Below are positions 15,457 through 31,454 of a DNA stretch of 64,000 nt, one piece after another. Location: contig CM022669.1 of the NCBI GenBank assembly GCA_012295275.1, positions 1,364,001-1,428,000 of the forward strand. The letters run 5' to 3'. The position numbers and the translations under genes were made by a program. The stretch comes from Chrysomallon squamiferum. Lineage: Eukaryota; Animalia; Mollusca. Position 1 is the stretch's first letter. Each line of letters starts with the position of its first letter. The notes below the pieces were generated by a model, which did no database searches, was not told the DNA's origin, and saw only the letters and a list, made by a program, of their open reading frames with translations.

Positions 15457-16754
15457 TTACTACTACTACTACTATTACTACTACTACTACTACTACTATT
15501 ACTACTACTACTACTACTACAACTACTACTACAACTACTACTACTAATAATAATAATAATAGTAATAACAATAAAACAAATAAATAAATAAATAATAAAC
15601 GTTTAAATTAAAAAGGAAACGTAGAAGATTTTAATTTCTGAAAACAGAACAAAACAAGCGATGAAAAACCAAAAGATAACCGTTTAGTTTGTTTTAAAAG
15701 TCAAGTGTGTTCTTTTTTCTTCCGTCATTTAACATACTAATTACAGAAATAAGTAGATGATATATTAAACAGAGACAAGTATGTTATGAAACATTTACTA
15801 TGACGTATTCATTACGTCATCACGAAGCATGGTTGTGAAATAATAGGGTACGCTCTGTCATGAATTAAACATCTTGAAAAGCAAAGAGAAAATTATTTAA
15901 AAGCAAAACAAACCAAGCAGTCAGTAAGAACAGAATAAAATAAACACTCAAAAAGAATGATATTTTACTGTTGTATTTATGGTTGTCGTCGTTGTTGTTT
16001 CCATTGAATTTTGTCTTCGTTGTTGTTGTTGTTTTCATCTTTGCCAGTATTATTCTTGTTTATAATTGTCAATGTTGCTACTGTTGTAGTAATGTAGTTT
16101 TTACAGTTACTGTTGTTGTTGTTGTTGTTGTGTTCTTTTTTCTTTTCTGCTTCTTTTTTTTTTTTTTTTTTTTGCTATTTTATTAAATCACATTTTATTT
16201 AGTTAGTTTGATATCTAAAATAAGCATAAAACAGGTTAGGTGTAATAAGAGGAATATCAAAGTAACATATAGATATATAAACACTCACACACACACACAC
16301 ACACTCACACACACACACACACTCACACACACACACATATATATATATATATAAAAAAGAAAAAAAAGAATAAAGGATGGAATGAAGACAGAAAGAAGAT
16401 TAAAGAAAAAAAGAAAAGAAATGAGCAAGAAAAATTACGACAGTGAAATGAATGAAAAATTCTAAAACTATCAGTTTCTCAATTAGCCAAAACAGAAATT
16501 ATAACTTCACTATGCATTGTTTCTTTAGATGGTAACAATCGAATCAATTCAACTGTATTATATGTACATTTTAAGACCCAGCTTTTTTACATACTTTATA
16601 ATACGTAATTCACATTATCATCAGTTTTATGAGCACAATTAGATTAGAAATAAGTATAATTTATTTTTAATTTTATGTGGGACTTTAGAAATGATACTTT
16701 TTATTTTACAATTTAATAAAATGCAGTAATTTTATCTGAATAAATAACAAGTAC

Positions 16755-16833
<79 letters not shown>

Positions 16834-17381
16834 TGAAAACTGGAACTAAATCTTTAACGTACAACTAACTTATTTCAAGATAAAAGTATAAACTAGTTTT
16901 GAATCACAACATGCTATTAAAGATAATTTTTTCAGAAAACTTGGAACGAAAGAACAACGAAAAATTCCAAACTACAACAAAACAAAAACAAAAAAACAAA
17001 CAACAACAAAAATAACCCCGCAGAAATATTGTTTCAAATGGAAAAAAAAAGAAGGAATAAAAATTGATGAATAAAGAGATAAACGATAACCTAAGAAAGA
17101 AAAAACGAATAGAATGTATGAAGATGAAATGCAAAAGAGGAATAAAAGAAAGTTGTGTGTATAAAAGAAGACACTGAATAAAATGGGAAGAGAAAAAGGG
17201 ATGAACAGATTTATAAAACAAGAACTAAAGCATGAAATGACAAAAAGAAAATCTTGCTTGCTGTTAAGCGTGACGCTGATTAAAAGTAATTAATTTCAAA
17301 GCTGATTAGTTTTTAAGATAATTAATATTTTCTACTAGATCGCCACATTAAATTGACAAGATCAGTTGTAATGTTGCATGT

Positions 17382-17472
<91 letters not shown>

Positions 17473-17712
17473 GAAAGAATGGAAAAAGAAAACCAATAAA
17501 AAAACATACATACACGCCTACCTGTCTACCTGTCTACCTGTCTACCTGTCTACCTGTCGTTCAACCTGCGCAGGTTGTGTGATTGGCAAGTAGCGTAGTC
17601 GTCTGCTGTACAGAGCGGTTGAATGGATGCTACACGTTCGATTCTCGACAGCGACGTCTGACGTTTGTAACGTCAAGAGTGGACGTCGTCTTCCTTGTCC
17701 GTGCTTTCCCGA

Positions 17713-18510
<798 letters not shown>

Positions 18511-19200
18511 TATTTACTTTTTTCTCTTTACTACATGGAAAAGAAATCAAATATTTATGATCAGGCACTGAGACGTGATATCTGGTAGAGAAAAATCAAT
18601 AAAATCAGATGAGTAGCTACATTCTTGTCTGACTCACAAATTGTATTTATTGTATTTCAAACGATTCGTATTAATTTTTACACCGAAAACGAGGCCAGTG
18701 CCGCCGATATTTGTCTTGCATTAAGCGAGATAAGGGGACAAATCGCGACTATTAGCGAGTCGAGTGTTCCCACCCATTTCGCGTAATTAGACACGCGGAA
18801 ACAAAGACAGAAAAATGAAGAAATTATTCTGGTGGGAGAAAAATGATGGGGGAGTAATCAGTGACATTAATGTGACTGAGACGAAATGGAGTTCAGTTTG
18901 ATACAGGGTATAACTTGGTGCTAATTATAAAAATAAAAATAACAAGAGGAACAGAAAGTATGAGTTTTGTTCGTTTGTGCATGTCGTTCTCAGACTGTTT
19001 CATATTACTTTGTGTGCAATAATTTCATGTTTTAATTGTGTGGAATAATGTCACATTCAGTGAATATATGGCATGGAAAAATAGCAGTATTTACTAATTA
19101 TATTTGATTTCGTAATTATTTATTTATATTTAATTGTTGTTTATTTAATTACATAAATAATGCAATTAATTATTTTGTTATCGTTGTTGTTGTTGTTGTT

Positions 19201-19259
<59 letters not shown>

Positions 19260-20066
19260 GATACGGTTTATAAATAACATCGTTGGCCACTCAGAAATAC
19301 GGATCCGGAGGTTTAAGTCTTCTCAGCATAATCTCTATAATCCGCACATTCTGAGATTTTCTTTCCTTGCTTTCGGCCAGGTTTACCATTTACCGTCCTC
19401 TGTTGATTGACTGAGTCATTCACAGAACGATACAATTAACTAGCCAATTATTCCCTTTCTTAGCCTGATTTTCCATTATGCGCGTTGTTTGATGACGTCA
19501 TCACAGTTTGCAGCAATCGCAGTGCTGTTCTTTAAAGTGGCGATTATTGACTAAATAATCCTTTAACTGTTAAGTGAAGAGAAAAAGTAACATTTGACTG
19601 ACTAGCACGCGCTTTCACTAAATCTCACTTCCCCGCACTCTCCCACGTTGCACGAGACGGAAGAATTCACGCGCTATGACGTCAAAGCAGTGCAGGAGTA
19701 AATGAGATATATTTTTGTTTTTTTTTTTAAAATTTGTTCAATGTCCCCAGTGCCAGTTGTTAATTCAGTGTGCATTTGACGAGTGCAGATCAATTTACAA
19801 AACAATAAATAAAAAATACTTAAAAATAAAAAATACTTAAAAATAAAAATAAAAATAAAAATAAAAATAAAAATAAAAATAAAAAAAATAAAAAAAAAAA
19901 AAAATAAAATAGAAATAGAAACAGAAATATTAGCGGTTACTCTGTGCAATGTTGCTCACGTATTTTGTATTACTACTCTACTACTACTACTACTACTACT
20001 ACTACTATTGTTGTTGTTACTGCTGTTGTTTTTGTTGTTCTTATAATAATAATAATAATAATAATA

Positions 20067-20101
<35 letters not shown>

Positions 20102-21130
20102 TGTTATCGTTCTTTTCTTTTAGTAACATCACTAATTTGTTTATTTTAATATTTTGTTTATATATATATATACGCGGATAGATAGCAGGTAAATAGATCG
20201 ACAGACAGATTATTGGGGGGTTTTCTTAATGCAGACAGGCATGGTGGTTGGTGGCCAACAGATCAAAAAGTTAACTTTTGATAGGAAAAATTAACTTTTG
20301 ATAGACAAAAAAAAACAAAGAAAAAAAGAAAGAAAGAAAGAAGGAAAGATCAACAACAGCATCAAAGGCAGGTTCAGTGTTTCTGTAAAGAACTAAACAA
20401 TTATTAAGTAACTTACACCAGTATTTATTTAATTATTTATCCTGTAACATTTAAAGTACAACTGACTGTAACAGATAGTGTAGAACTGACTATGTAGCCG
20501 GGAACATTTTTTTCTTCTGAATTATCAATTCACTGAATAACCTGTTTGATCAGAAAGCTGTATGATGTTAATGTTAACTTGATGAATTAATTAGAGAACA
20601 TCTGTCGAATTTGGTGTAGAGAATTCTTCTCATAGTTCTCTTTGTTTCCTGCCAATTGCATCCAAAGTTGTTTTCTTTAATCAAAATGCCATACGTTATT
20701 TCAGTATACACAAAACAACACGATATACTGGTACAGCGAGACGATCAAGTTAAAAAAGTTCAGATTTATTATTAATGTCATATCGATTGCTTTGAATTTT
20801 AAAAAATCGTTGGTTAGAAATAAAAATAGTTTTAAATTAGACAAATTTGTTTTATGAATTAACGAAGAATTTTCAAATTATTCTTTGTCGTCTTGTAATC
20901 TGAATTTAAATATAGAAATAGATTCTACATAAAAAGAAATAACATTGATAAATTGTGCCAGTAGTTTAATTATTTATTTATTTATTATTATTTTTTTTAT
21001 TATTGTTGTTATTACTGTAATTCGTCTTACAAATAAAGAAAAAAAGAAAAAAGAAAGTACTTTTAAGGTGCGAAATCAAAAAAGTTTACATTTAAATACA
21101 TTATCGAAATAAAAAGCCATTAAATGATAA

Positions 21131-21180
<50 letters not shown>

Positions 21181-22548
21181 TATATTCACGATTTAAGAAA
21201 AGGGAGCGCAGTGACTATAAAGGCAGAAGTTAAAAATGTAGAGTGTGACGTCATTATTCGCGCTTCCTGTGGTGTTAGTGATCGGCCTTTCCGTACTTTG
21301 AACAGTTTTTTCTTAGTTCATTTTCCCAAACGTTCAGTGACAGAATATTCAATATTGTCAGATAGCAGTGATGACGTCTGTACAAGATAATATGTTTCTA
21401 TGACAACTGATGACGTCACAGATTCTGGCCGGATGTAATAATAATGGAATTTGTTGCAGTTTCAAACAAGCGTAGATACGTAACTGCAGATAACTACATT
21501 TCTAAATCAAAAGATTTAGCGTGTTACAGATTTACAGCCTACGGGGATTATCTGATAATCTATTGATCGGACCAGTTGATCGCCAGCGCTTACCGCTACA
21601 ATCATTTATGATTAATACGTTAAAAGTAACGACATCATCGTATGTTTATGAGTTCTGTGTTGGTGTGTGTGTGTGTGTGTGTGTGTGAAAATCAGCTACA
21701 ACGCTGTTCCATTTGTTACTTATTTACAATGATTATAAATATATCACAGTAAACATTATTTCAGTTTTCGTAAGTTCAACACTGATAAATTCTAAAGTAG
21801 TTAATTTTAGTTCAGTACAGTTCAACTTAGATCCTTAATGAAAATTAATTAAAACTATTTCATTTTCTATTCAGCGACCAAAACACAAACGAACAGAATA
21901 TTATTTTCCTGACACAAAACTGATCACTGATTAAACAAACATTTCTCTTGCTATGTTAACAAGTTAAAATGTTAGTCAGTCGTAACTGTGTTACTGGGTA
22001 GCAGTGAGACTCGAACTCGTGTCTTCCAGCATACGGCTGGGTTCACCAGAGAAATCGTAGGAAATGAGGAACAAATTCTAATTTCCATAAACAAATGGTG
22101 GGAGAAGCCGGGCTTACTTTCTCCTAACAACAAAGATGTAGATCGATCCTTCGGGTTTTTCGCCTTCTGTCGCTAACCACGCAATTAAAGTGACTCTGAC
22201 CCCAGGACCGCGGTAATTAAGAACAGCAGTGAAGCGGAAGAACGCGCATGAATATATCTTCTCGACAAGGCTATGAAGGTCAGTTTGTCTTTCAGAAAAG
22301 TAGCCTCGTTTTGTGAAAAACTTCGTGGAATCGTTCATGTGTCTTCAACACATAATTATTATAACTGTGCACTATCATCATCATCATTATTATCACCAAC
22401 ATCATCATCATCATCATCATCATCATTATTATTATTATTTTTTCTTTTATTGTTATTTTTTTTTTGTTTTCTTTTTGTTATATTTAAATAAATAAATAAA
22501 TAATAGTAGTAATAATAATAATAAATCCTAGATGTACGCATATACACA

Positions 22549-22594
<46 letters not shown>

Positions 22595-23565
22595 TAGACA
22601 TATACGCATATGTATGTAGGGCCTGTATAAATGTGTGTGCGTTTCTGTTTATTCATATACATATACATACATACATACATACACACACACACATACATAC
22701 ATACACACATATACATACATACACATATACATACACATAGCCACACGTGCGCACAGTGTAAACAATCTGACGTCGGAGATAACCATGACGTGTCATCACC
22801 AGAGAAACATTTACAGAGTGTCACGTGACGCAGCTGTGGTTCACGACCTGAGTTTATCTCGACAGAAGAAGACTGACAGATGTTGGAATCTTTTAGATAA
22901 GATATTTCTACTAACATCTCAGTTTTTTACATTTCTAGCTGTTTGTCCGTGCTTTCTTTATGCGACAGGGAACATCCGGCTATCAGTGACGTTGTAGCTG
23001 AATGAATTAATGTCGTCCATTTAATGGACGTCGTCATATTGTTATCTTATCAACATCGTTCACGTTGTTATCCATGCCGAGTCTGTTGTCAGTGGCTGCT
23101 TATCTCAGACCTGCTCTGATGTCTGCTGGATTTTCTGCAGGTCTAAAGATGAGAGGCTGTACGCCAGAGCTCACCCTCAGACAACCTCCTGTTTTTCTCA
23201 CGTGTCTGCGCCTGACTGCAATTCTTTGTGTTTTCTCTGCATCCTGATGAAGCCGATATCTCACCACGTTTGTATGAATCGTTTGACTGACTGTTTGGCT
23301 GTACACGTATTAAAAAATGTATTATGTTTTGTGTTGGACAAAAATGTCAAAACCTGACCTTGTGAAAATGTCAGAATCTTTTTCTATTAAATAAATCAGC
23401 AAAAGTACGTTATATCACCATTTATTTGAAATACACACACATACACACACATACACATACACACCAACAAATACACATTCATACATAAACAAAGATATAT
23501 GCACAATCATGTATGTGTATACCATTCTAACTATTTACAAAACTATCAGGTAACATACGTCTACT

Positions 23566-23790
<225 letters not shown>

Positions 23791-24230
23791 CGGAACTGCC
23801 AGTGAAACTAGGTCTGCATCACTTAGCTGTCTCCATAAAAGAAAAGAAGTTTTGTGATAAACAGACCGCTACAGCAGGTGTTGTCAGATACCAGCCAGCA
23901 GAGGGACGAGTTCTGGCGCTTTTCTCTGTATCGTGTTCCAGCTACTAGAACTTGTAACGTGGATGTGAAGATAAGAAAAACGAATTCCTCAACTTTACAG
24001 AACACAAGGTGACCTGTGTGTGGTATTTTACACTGAGAGGTCAGAAAGTTTAACCTCAGTTTTGAGTGAGAATGAAAACACGATTCTGTACATTATGAGC
24101 TGCACAGAAGGGAGGAAGTAGTGATACAAGTGGGGTAGACAGAATCGATAGTGATATAAATGTATAAACAAGAGGTGATAGTGATATAAGTGGATAGATT
24201 TGGTGAATAATTAATTATAGGTATTAAAAT

Positions 24231-25199
24231 GGGTTGTAGGAAAAAATGGCATTGGAAAAAATGGCACAGGAACAAATGGCACCCGGAGGAAATGGCACTG
24301 TGCAGATTTGGAAAAAATGGCACCTTATTTATTTTTTCTGTGTAGTTGCTTTAAAAAAAACCCTTAAAAGTACTTTTGAAAATACAGTTTATTCAATATT
24401 GTTACATACATGTATATTAAAATATAGCATCACTCAGCCACTTGATTTTGCTTAACAAAGTACAGTATTATATCAGAGTTTAATATTACACATATACACA
24501 TACATATACACACACACACACACATACACACACACACATATATGTATGCTTTCACATAGATGAATGAGTACGTTTATACATACAGACGCATTCATACAGA
24601 TGTACCTAATGTAAATAAGAATACCACTGTTAAAACATCCTCCAGAATAATATCATTCTGTCAATTCAAACATAGCATAAGCCATTATATATATGTGTGT
24701 GTGAGTGCGCGTGTGTGTGTGTGTGTGTGTACACACACGTATATATCTTATGCTATATTTGAACTGACTGAATGCTATCATTCTGGAGGATATTTCAAAA
24801 AAGTGGTATCCGTATTTGAATTAGATACATCTGTATGAATGTATATGTGTGTGTGTTTAAATGTGTGTGTGTTTAAATGTGTGTGTGTTTAAATGTGTGT
24901 GTGTTTAAATGTGTGTGTGTATATATATGTATTTATATGTTTGAGGGTTTATGTATGTGTAATGTGACATAATATTGTATTTTGTAAAGCAAAACCAAGT
25001 GTCTGAGTAATGCTATATTTTAATATACATGTATGTAACAGTATTGCATGAATAAACAGTATTTTCAAAAGTATTTTTTAAGGTGTTTTTTTCAAAGCAA
25101 CTATATAGAACGAATAAATAAGGTGTCATTTTTTTCCAAATCTGCTCAGTGCCATTTTTTCCGGTGCCATTTTTACCAGTGCCATTTTTTCCACACCCC
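24231..25199. mobile_element. Non-autonomous foldback / Mutator-like DNA transposon (whole-element inverted repeat, ~970 bp)
   Basis: The left arm GGGTTGTAGGAAAAAATGGCATTGG... is the reverse complement of the right arm ...GTGCCATTTTTTCCACACCCC. Pairing continues inward (24590-24690 vs 24740-24842). Subterminal ~15-bp GGAAAAAATGGCAC repeats are present. Direct repeat ATTAAAAT at 24223-24230 and 25200-25207 is the target-site duplication (TSD). Confidence 0.85.
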
Positions 25200-25980
25200 A
25201 TTAAAATGTGCTGTTTTATGATATAATGAAAGACATGTAAATTTGCAAGCACAGATACACATAAAATAGAAAAAAAATGAACATTTTTCAGAAAGACTTT
25301 ATTAGTCATCACATCAGGTGACTCAATGTCACAGTTTGTGTCTGAGTAACAACTTCTTGTCAAATTAAATTCACTGGTCACTATAACAGATTATTAATTA
25401 TTCTCGATGATAAGGTTTAAAGTATAATTTTTAAATAAATAAATTGAAAAATAAATTAAAATAAAATTTGGTTGTATACTTTCTATACAGTAATGGTTAA
25501 CATATTTTGTCTCTATACAACTCACATCAAGACTCACATCAACTCACATCAACTCCAAATAAGACACAGATACTGTTGACAACGGTAACAAGGTGTGCAA
25601 GGTAACGTGAGATGCAGAACATAAAATACAGAATAACTGATACGCTCGTTCACATGTTTGTAAGATTAACTTGTCTCTACTGGCTTCAAGCACGCGTACA
25701 TTGCTTGATAAGAAAAGTTTAAAATATTTCTAAAGGTTTTTGCCTGGTGTTTATTATTAATGGTTTTGATTTATTTGTGTTTATTACTGTATTTTATTTA
25801 AAGAAATGACATACTTCCCTTTTTAAGACTGTTAAATTCATACTAATTATAGTTCATGTTTATTTACAAAAGCAGGTTAAAGGTCACAGTAGCATGACAT
25901 CACCAATGACTCATCATAATGGCTTAATCTCACTTTTCTCTATTCGATATACAAGGTAAGTAACATTTTACAGTTGCTGT

Positions 25981-26013
<33 letters not shown>

Positions 26014-26017
26014 AACT

Positions 26018-26057
<40 letters not shown>

Positions 26058-26700
26058 AACTCTACTACCATCATCACAATCACACCACTACTATGTTACT
26101 ACCAACGCTACTACTTCTATTACCACCATAAATATTTCTAATGCTGCTAACTCTAAAATCAGTGTTCAGTCCTGCTTTTATTTCGAGAAGAGAGACGACG
26201 TAAAAACAAACAGAAGTTCACTAACAAATGAGAACTGCGAGAGAAATGACTGGTGTTAACGAAATACTCACCACATCAGACTGGTAAACTACGAAGGTTT
26301 AAAAATGTTCAGAAGTAACAGTTCAAAAGTTCGTCAAAACAGGAGGCCCGAGTGATTGTTTATCTCTGTTAAGCAGACGCAGCTGTCAGGACGATGCGAT
26401 GTCTTCCCAGCCGTGCAGCACAACAGCTCATTTGATAAAGTTGGTGCTACTTTCTAGATCGCTAGTGTTAGTAAGAGAAAAATAAAAATATTTATAATAA
26501 TAACAAAAATACTAATAATAATGAGAGACAGAGAGAGGTATTTGTTATATTTAGTTGTACAGTCTGTACTGATTAAATTAATATCTTCAAGAGTTAACTG
26601 GGGGGGGAGCAGAATCAACAAATATTTCTGATTATTTCCTTTTTCTTTTCTCATTCGTTTTCGCTCACAAGCAGTGCTACGAGGATAAAACTTATTGCAG

Positions 26701-29135
26701 AAATGACTGTATTAGTTATATAAAATATAATAAAATGACTGTATTAGTTATATAAAATATAATAAAATGACTGTATTAGTTATATAAAATATAATAAAAT
26801 GACTGTATTAGTTATATAAAATATAATAAAATGACTGTATTAATAAAATATATAAAAAATATAATAAAATGACTGTATTAGTTATATAAAATATAATAAA
26901 ATGACTGTATTAGTTATATAAAATATAATAAAATGACTGTATTAGTTATATAAAATATAATAAAATGACTGTATTAGTTAAATAAAATATAATAAAATGA
27001 CTGTATTAGTTATATAAAATATAATAAAATGACTGTATTAGTTATATAAAATATAATGAAATGACTGTATTAGTTATATAAAAAATATAATAAGATGACT
27101 GTATTAGTTATATAAAAATATAATAAAATGACTGTATTAGTTATATAAAATATAATAAGATGACTGTATTAGTTATATAAAATATAATAAAATGACTGTA
27201 TTAATATAAAATATAATAAGATGACTGTATTAGTTATATAAAATATAATAAAATGACTGTATTAGTTATATAAAATATAATAAGATGACTGTATTAATAT
27301 AAAATATAATAAAATGACTGTATTAGTTATATAAAATATAATAAGATGACTGTATTAGTTATATAAAATATAATAAAATGACTGTATTAGTTATATAAAA
27401 TATAATAAAATGACTGTATTAGTTATATAAAATATAATAAAATGACTGTATTAGTTATATAAAATATAATAAGATGACTGTATTAGTTATATAAAATATA
27501 ATAAAATGACTGTATTAGTTATATAAAATATAATAAGATGACTGTATTAGTTATATAAAATATAATAAAATGACTGTATTAGTTATATAAAATATAATGA
27601 AATGACTGTATTAGTTATATAAAATATAATGAAATGACTGTATTAAAATATAAAAATGACTATAATAAAATGACTGTATTAGTTATATAAAATATATAAT
27701 AAAATGACTGTATTAGTTATATAAAATATAATAAAATGACTGTATTAGTTATATAAAATATAATAAAATGACTGTATTAGTTATATAAAATATAATAAAA
27801 TGACTGTATTAGTTATATAAAATATAATAAAAAATGACTGTATTAGTTATATAAAATATAATAAAATGACTGTATTAGTTATATAAAATATAATAAAATG
27901 ACTGTATTAGTTATATAAAATATAATCAAATGACTGTATTAGTTATATAAAATATAATCAAATGACTGTATTAGTTATATAAAATATAATGAAATGACTG
28001 TATTAGTTATATAAAATATAATGAAATGATCAGTTATATAAAATATAATAAAATGACTGTATCAGTTATATAAAATATAATAAAATGACTGTATTAGTTA
28101 TATAAAATATAATAAAATGACTGTATTAGTTATATAAAATATAATAAAATGACTGTATTAGTTATATAAAATATAATAAAATGACTGTATTAGTTAAATA
28201 AAATATAATAAAATGACTGTATTAGTTATATAAAATATAATCAAATGACTGTATTAGTTATATAAAATATAATCAAATGACTGTATTAGTTATATAAAAT
28301 ATAATGAAATGACTGTATTAGTTATATAAAATATAATGAAATGACTGTATCAGTTATATAAAATATAATAAAATGACTGTATCAGTTATATAAAATATAA
28401 TAAAATGACTGTATCAGTTATATAAAATATAATAAAATGACTGTATCAGTTATATAAAATATAATAAAATGACTGTATTAGTTATAATAAATATAATGAA
28501 ATGACTGTATTAGTTATATAAAATATAATAAAATGACTGTATTAGTTATATAAAATATAATAAAATGACTGTATTAGTTATATAAAATATAATGAAATGA
28601 CTGTATTAGTTATATAAAATATAATGAAATGACTGTATTAGTTATATAAAATATAATGAAATGACTGTATTAGTTATATAAAATATAATAAAATGACTGT
28701 ATCAGTTATATAAAATATAATAAAATGACTGTATTAGTTATATAAAATATAATAAAATGACTGTATTAGTTATAATAAATATAATGAAATGACTGTATTA
28801 GTTATATAAAATATAATAAAATGACTGTATTAGTTATATAAAATATAATAAAATGACTGTATTAGTTATATAAAATATAATAAAATGACTGTATTAGTTA
28901 TAATAAATATAATGAAATGACTGTATTAGTTATATAAAATATAATAAAATGACTGTATTAGTTATATAAAATAAAATGACTGTATTAGTTATAATAAATA
29001 TAATGAAATGACTGTATTAGTTATATAAAATATAATAAAATGACTGTATTAGTTATATAAAATATAATAAAATGACTGTATTAGTTATATAAAATAAAAT
29101 AAAATGACTGTATTAGTTATATAAAATGAAATAAA
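26701..29135. repeat. 32-bp AT-rich satellite array (AAATGACTGTATTAGTTATATAAAATATAATA), ~75 copies
   Basis: Period 32 (26701, 26733, ...), highly homogeneous over 2.4 kb. Confidence 0.97.
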
Positions 29136-30574
29136 GTGATGAATATGCTGAAGCTACCGAATCGATCTTGGACACAGTAAATTGTAAGATATCATATCTC
29201 TACCACTTGCCTGCGTAACTAGAGATATCTCTACAAGCAGTTCTAGAAATTTCTCCCGTGGGGCGGAAACAGTTCACATTCGGTGTCTGTTTTCTTGTTG
29301 CGCACTCGCACGAGCAGTCCGAGAAGCTGACCTGAGATTTGACCTCATTTCATCATGGCTGTCACAAATTCGTTTTATTTTCTTGCTCCTTTTGGATTTA
29401 TTGCCATTTTCTAGTTGCATCGCGTTCCTCAATTACTGCCGTTGCGTGATGGTGTACTAATACGAGTAACGCGACCTCTAAACCATCGGTTATAAAAGTT
29501 GACAAGAATATCGGATCTAGCGTTTTGACATTTGTTTGAATTAGATGATTCAATGATAAAAATGGGGAAAACTGCGAAATAAATTTGCAGTAGATGTAAA
29601 TTGGGTAGATGAAGGACAAGAGTCTATGGCTTCAGGGAGGCAAGGGAAAGAACTCGTACACAACGATGTAGTTAACAGGAGAAACATTTGATTGATTTTT
29701 ATTTGTTTGTACATTTATTTTATTTTTTATTTTATTTTATTTTATTTTTTTAAATCGGTTACGTTGTATAAGAAGACAAACCTTTTATTTCAAATTTTTA
29801 ACTAATTATCTTATTTGTTTTATTTTCTGCGCTTCTATCAACTGTTCAGCAGTTACATCGTTTGTTATTTGATGTTCATTTACGTTTACCTTTCTTTTCT
29901 TTCCTATTAAAAGTTTATTAATAAATAAAAACAAAAACAAAAAATCGGATCATTAACATAAAAACGGAATTCGTTAAGAAAGACAAACCTGTCGTTTGTG
30001 TGGCTTCGACCCTAGGACCAATGGAATTCCAGTTTCACATTTCAGCGACTAAACTTAATCATGTCTCCGCCAATTAAGATCAAAGTTGAGATTTTCTAAT
30101 CAAACGAAATAAAGGCAGATTTCAATAGCAGGCGAGCAAGATGAACATATTAAATTGCTCGTTTTCCAGACGGCTCTATCACTCAAGTATATTGACTCAC
30201 CATCGACAAGCTGCCGACATTAACAAACGTAGAGGCAGTAACCGTGTCTTGCTGAAGGATATTGCGCTGTGTTCTGGTCACTGCCACTGTTGACCGCGGA
30301 CTCGTTCAGCCACAGATAGCCGGTGTAATGGAAAGAGTAAATATTTGCTGTTAAATAAGCCAGTGTAACATAAGTAGTGTTATGTCCTCCCCGATCCGTG
30401 CCAGTTTCACTGTACTTTGAAAGAAGTGTTAAGACCATACACAAACTGAGATACCCAATTAATACACAGAAATAAAGGTATATTTATCTAATTTTTTGTC
30501 CGTTTAAAATTCTTTATAGCACTTTACAAGGTATACACCTACACAACATCATCATCAACACCATTGTGCAGCCG

Positions 30575-30644
<70 letters not shown>

Positions 30645-31454
30645 AACATTAGCCAGATGGTATAATTGTGGAAAAAGAAGATCACTTGAGTAACGTTGGT
30701 TTCTGTGTTTGTTAACTTATTTCTTGTAGGTGAACACGTCAGTCATTAAGGAATTAACGTCATACACAATTTACTCTAACACAAACCGGATGCTACGCTT
30801 AACGCTAACTGAGCCCAGAGGTAAATTATCAACTGGTCCCAGTAGACTTCATGATAAAATATTTTCAGTTAGTCCAGATACTGTCAGTGCCTTTTTGTCC
30901 TTGTAATTCTTTTTCTTAATTATTTTTATATAAATGTGTTGGTGCACTTAACAGATTGTGTAATGTTGTATTTATAATTATTTGTATGCATATACACATA
31001 CACACATACACACATACATATATCATAATTACTTTTATGTTGTTGATATATGTGTGTGAGTGTGTATACATGTGTGTGTGTGTATATATATGTGTGTGTG
31101 TGTGTGTGTGCTTGTGTGTGTGTTCTTGTGTGTGTGTTTGGGTGTGTGTGTGTGGGTGTGTGTGTGTGTGTGGGTGTGTGTGACTGTGTTTGTTGGCGAA
31201 GGAATAACACTATCGGTAACAGCACCTGTAGTGATAGCAGTAGTTAATTTAGTTGTACTACTAGTAGTAGTAGAAGTTAGCGTTGTAGGAGCAGTAGCAG
31301 TAGTCATAGCAGTGGTAGCAGTAATTATTTTATTATTCATGGATGTACAAATCAATGTTAGGATAGGCTTCTTTCTATCCCTAAACTGTCTGATCACCAC
31401 CCCAGTACACCCGGCCAGATTTGAACACGGGTAACAAATTTTCACCATCTACAA

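Noticed and set aside
25013-25381. ORF with GKNGT repeats
   Set aside because: It is a translation of the foldback element's 15-bp subterminal repeats.
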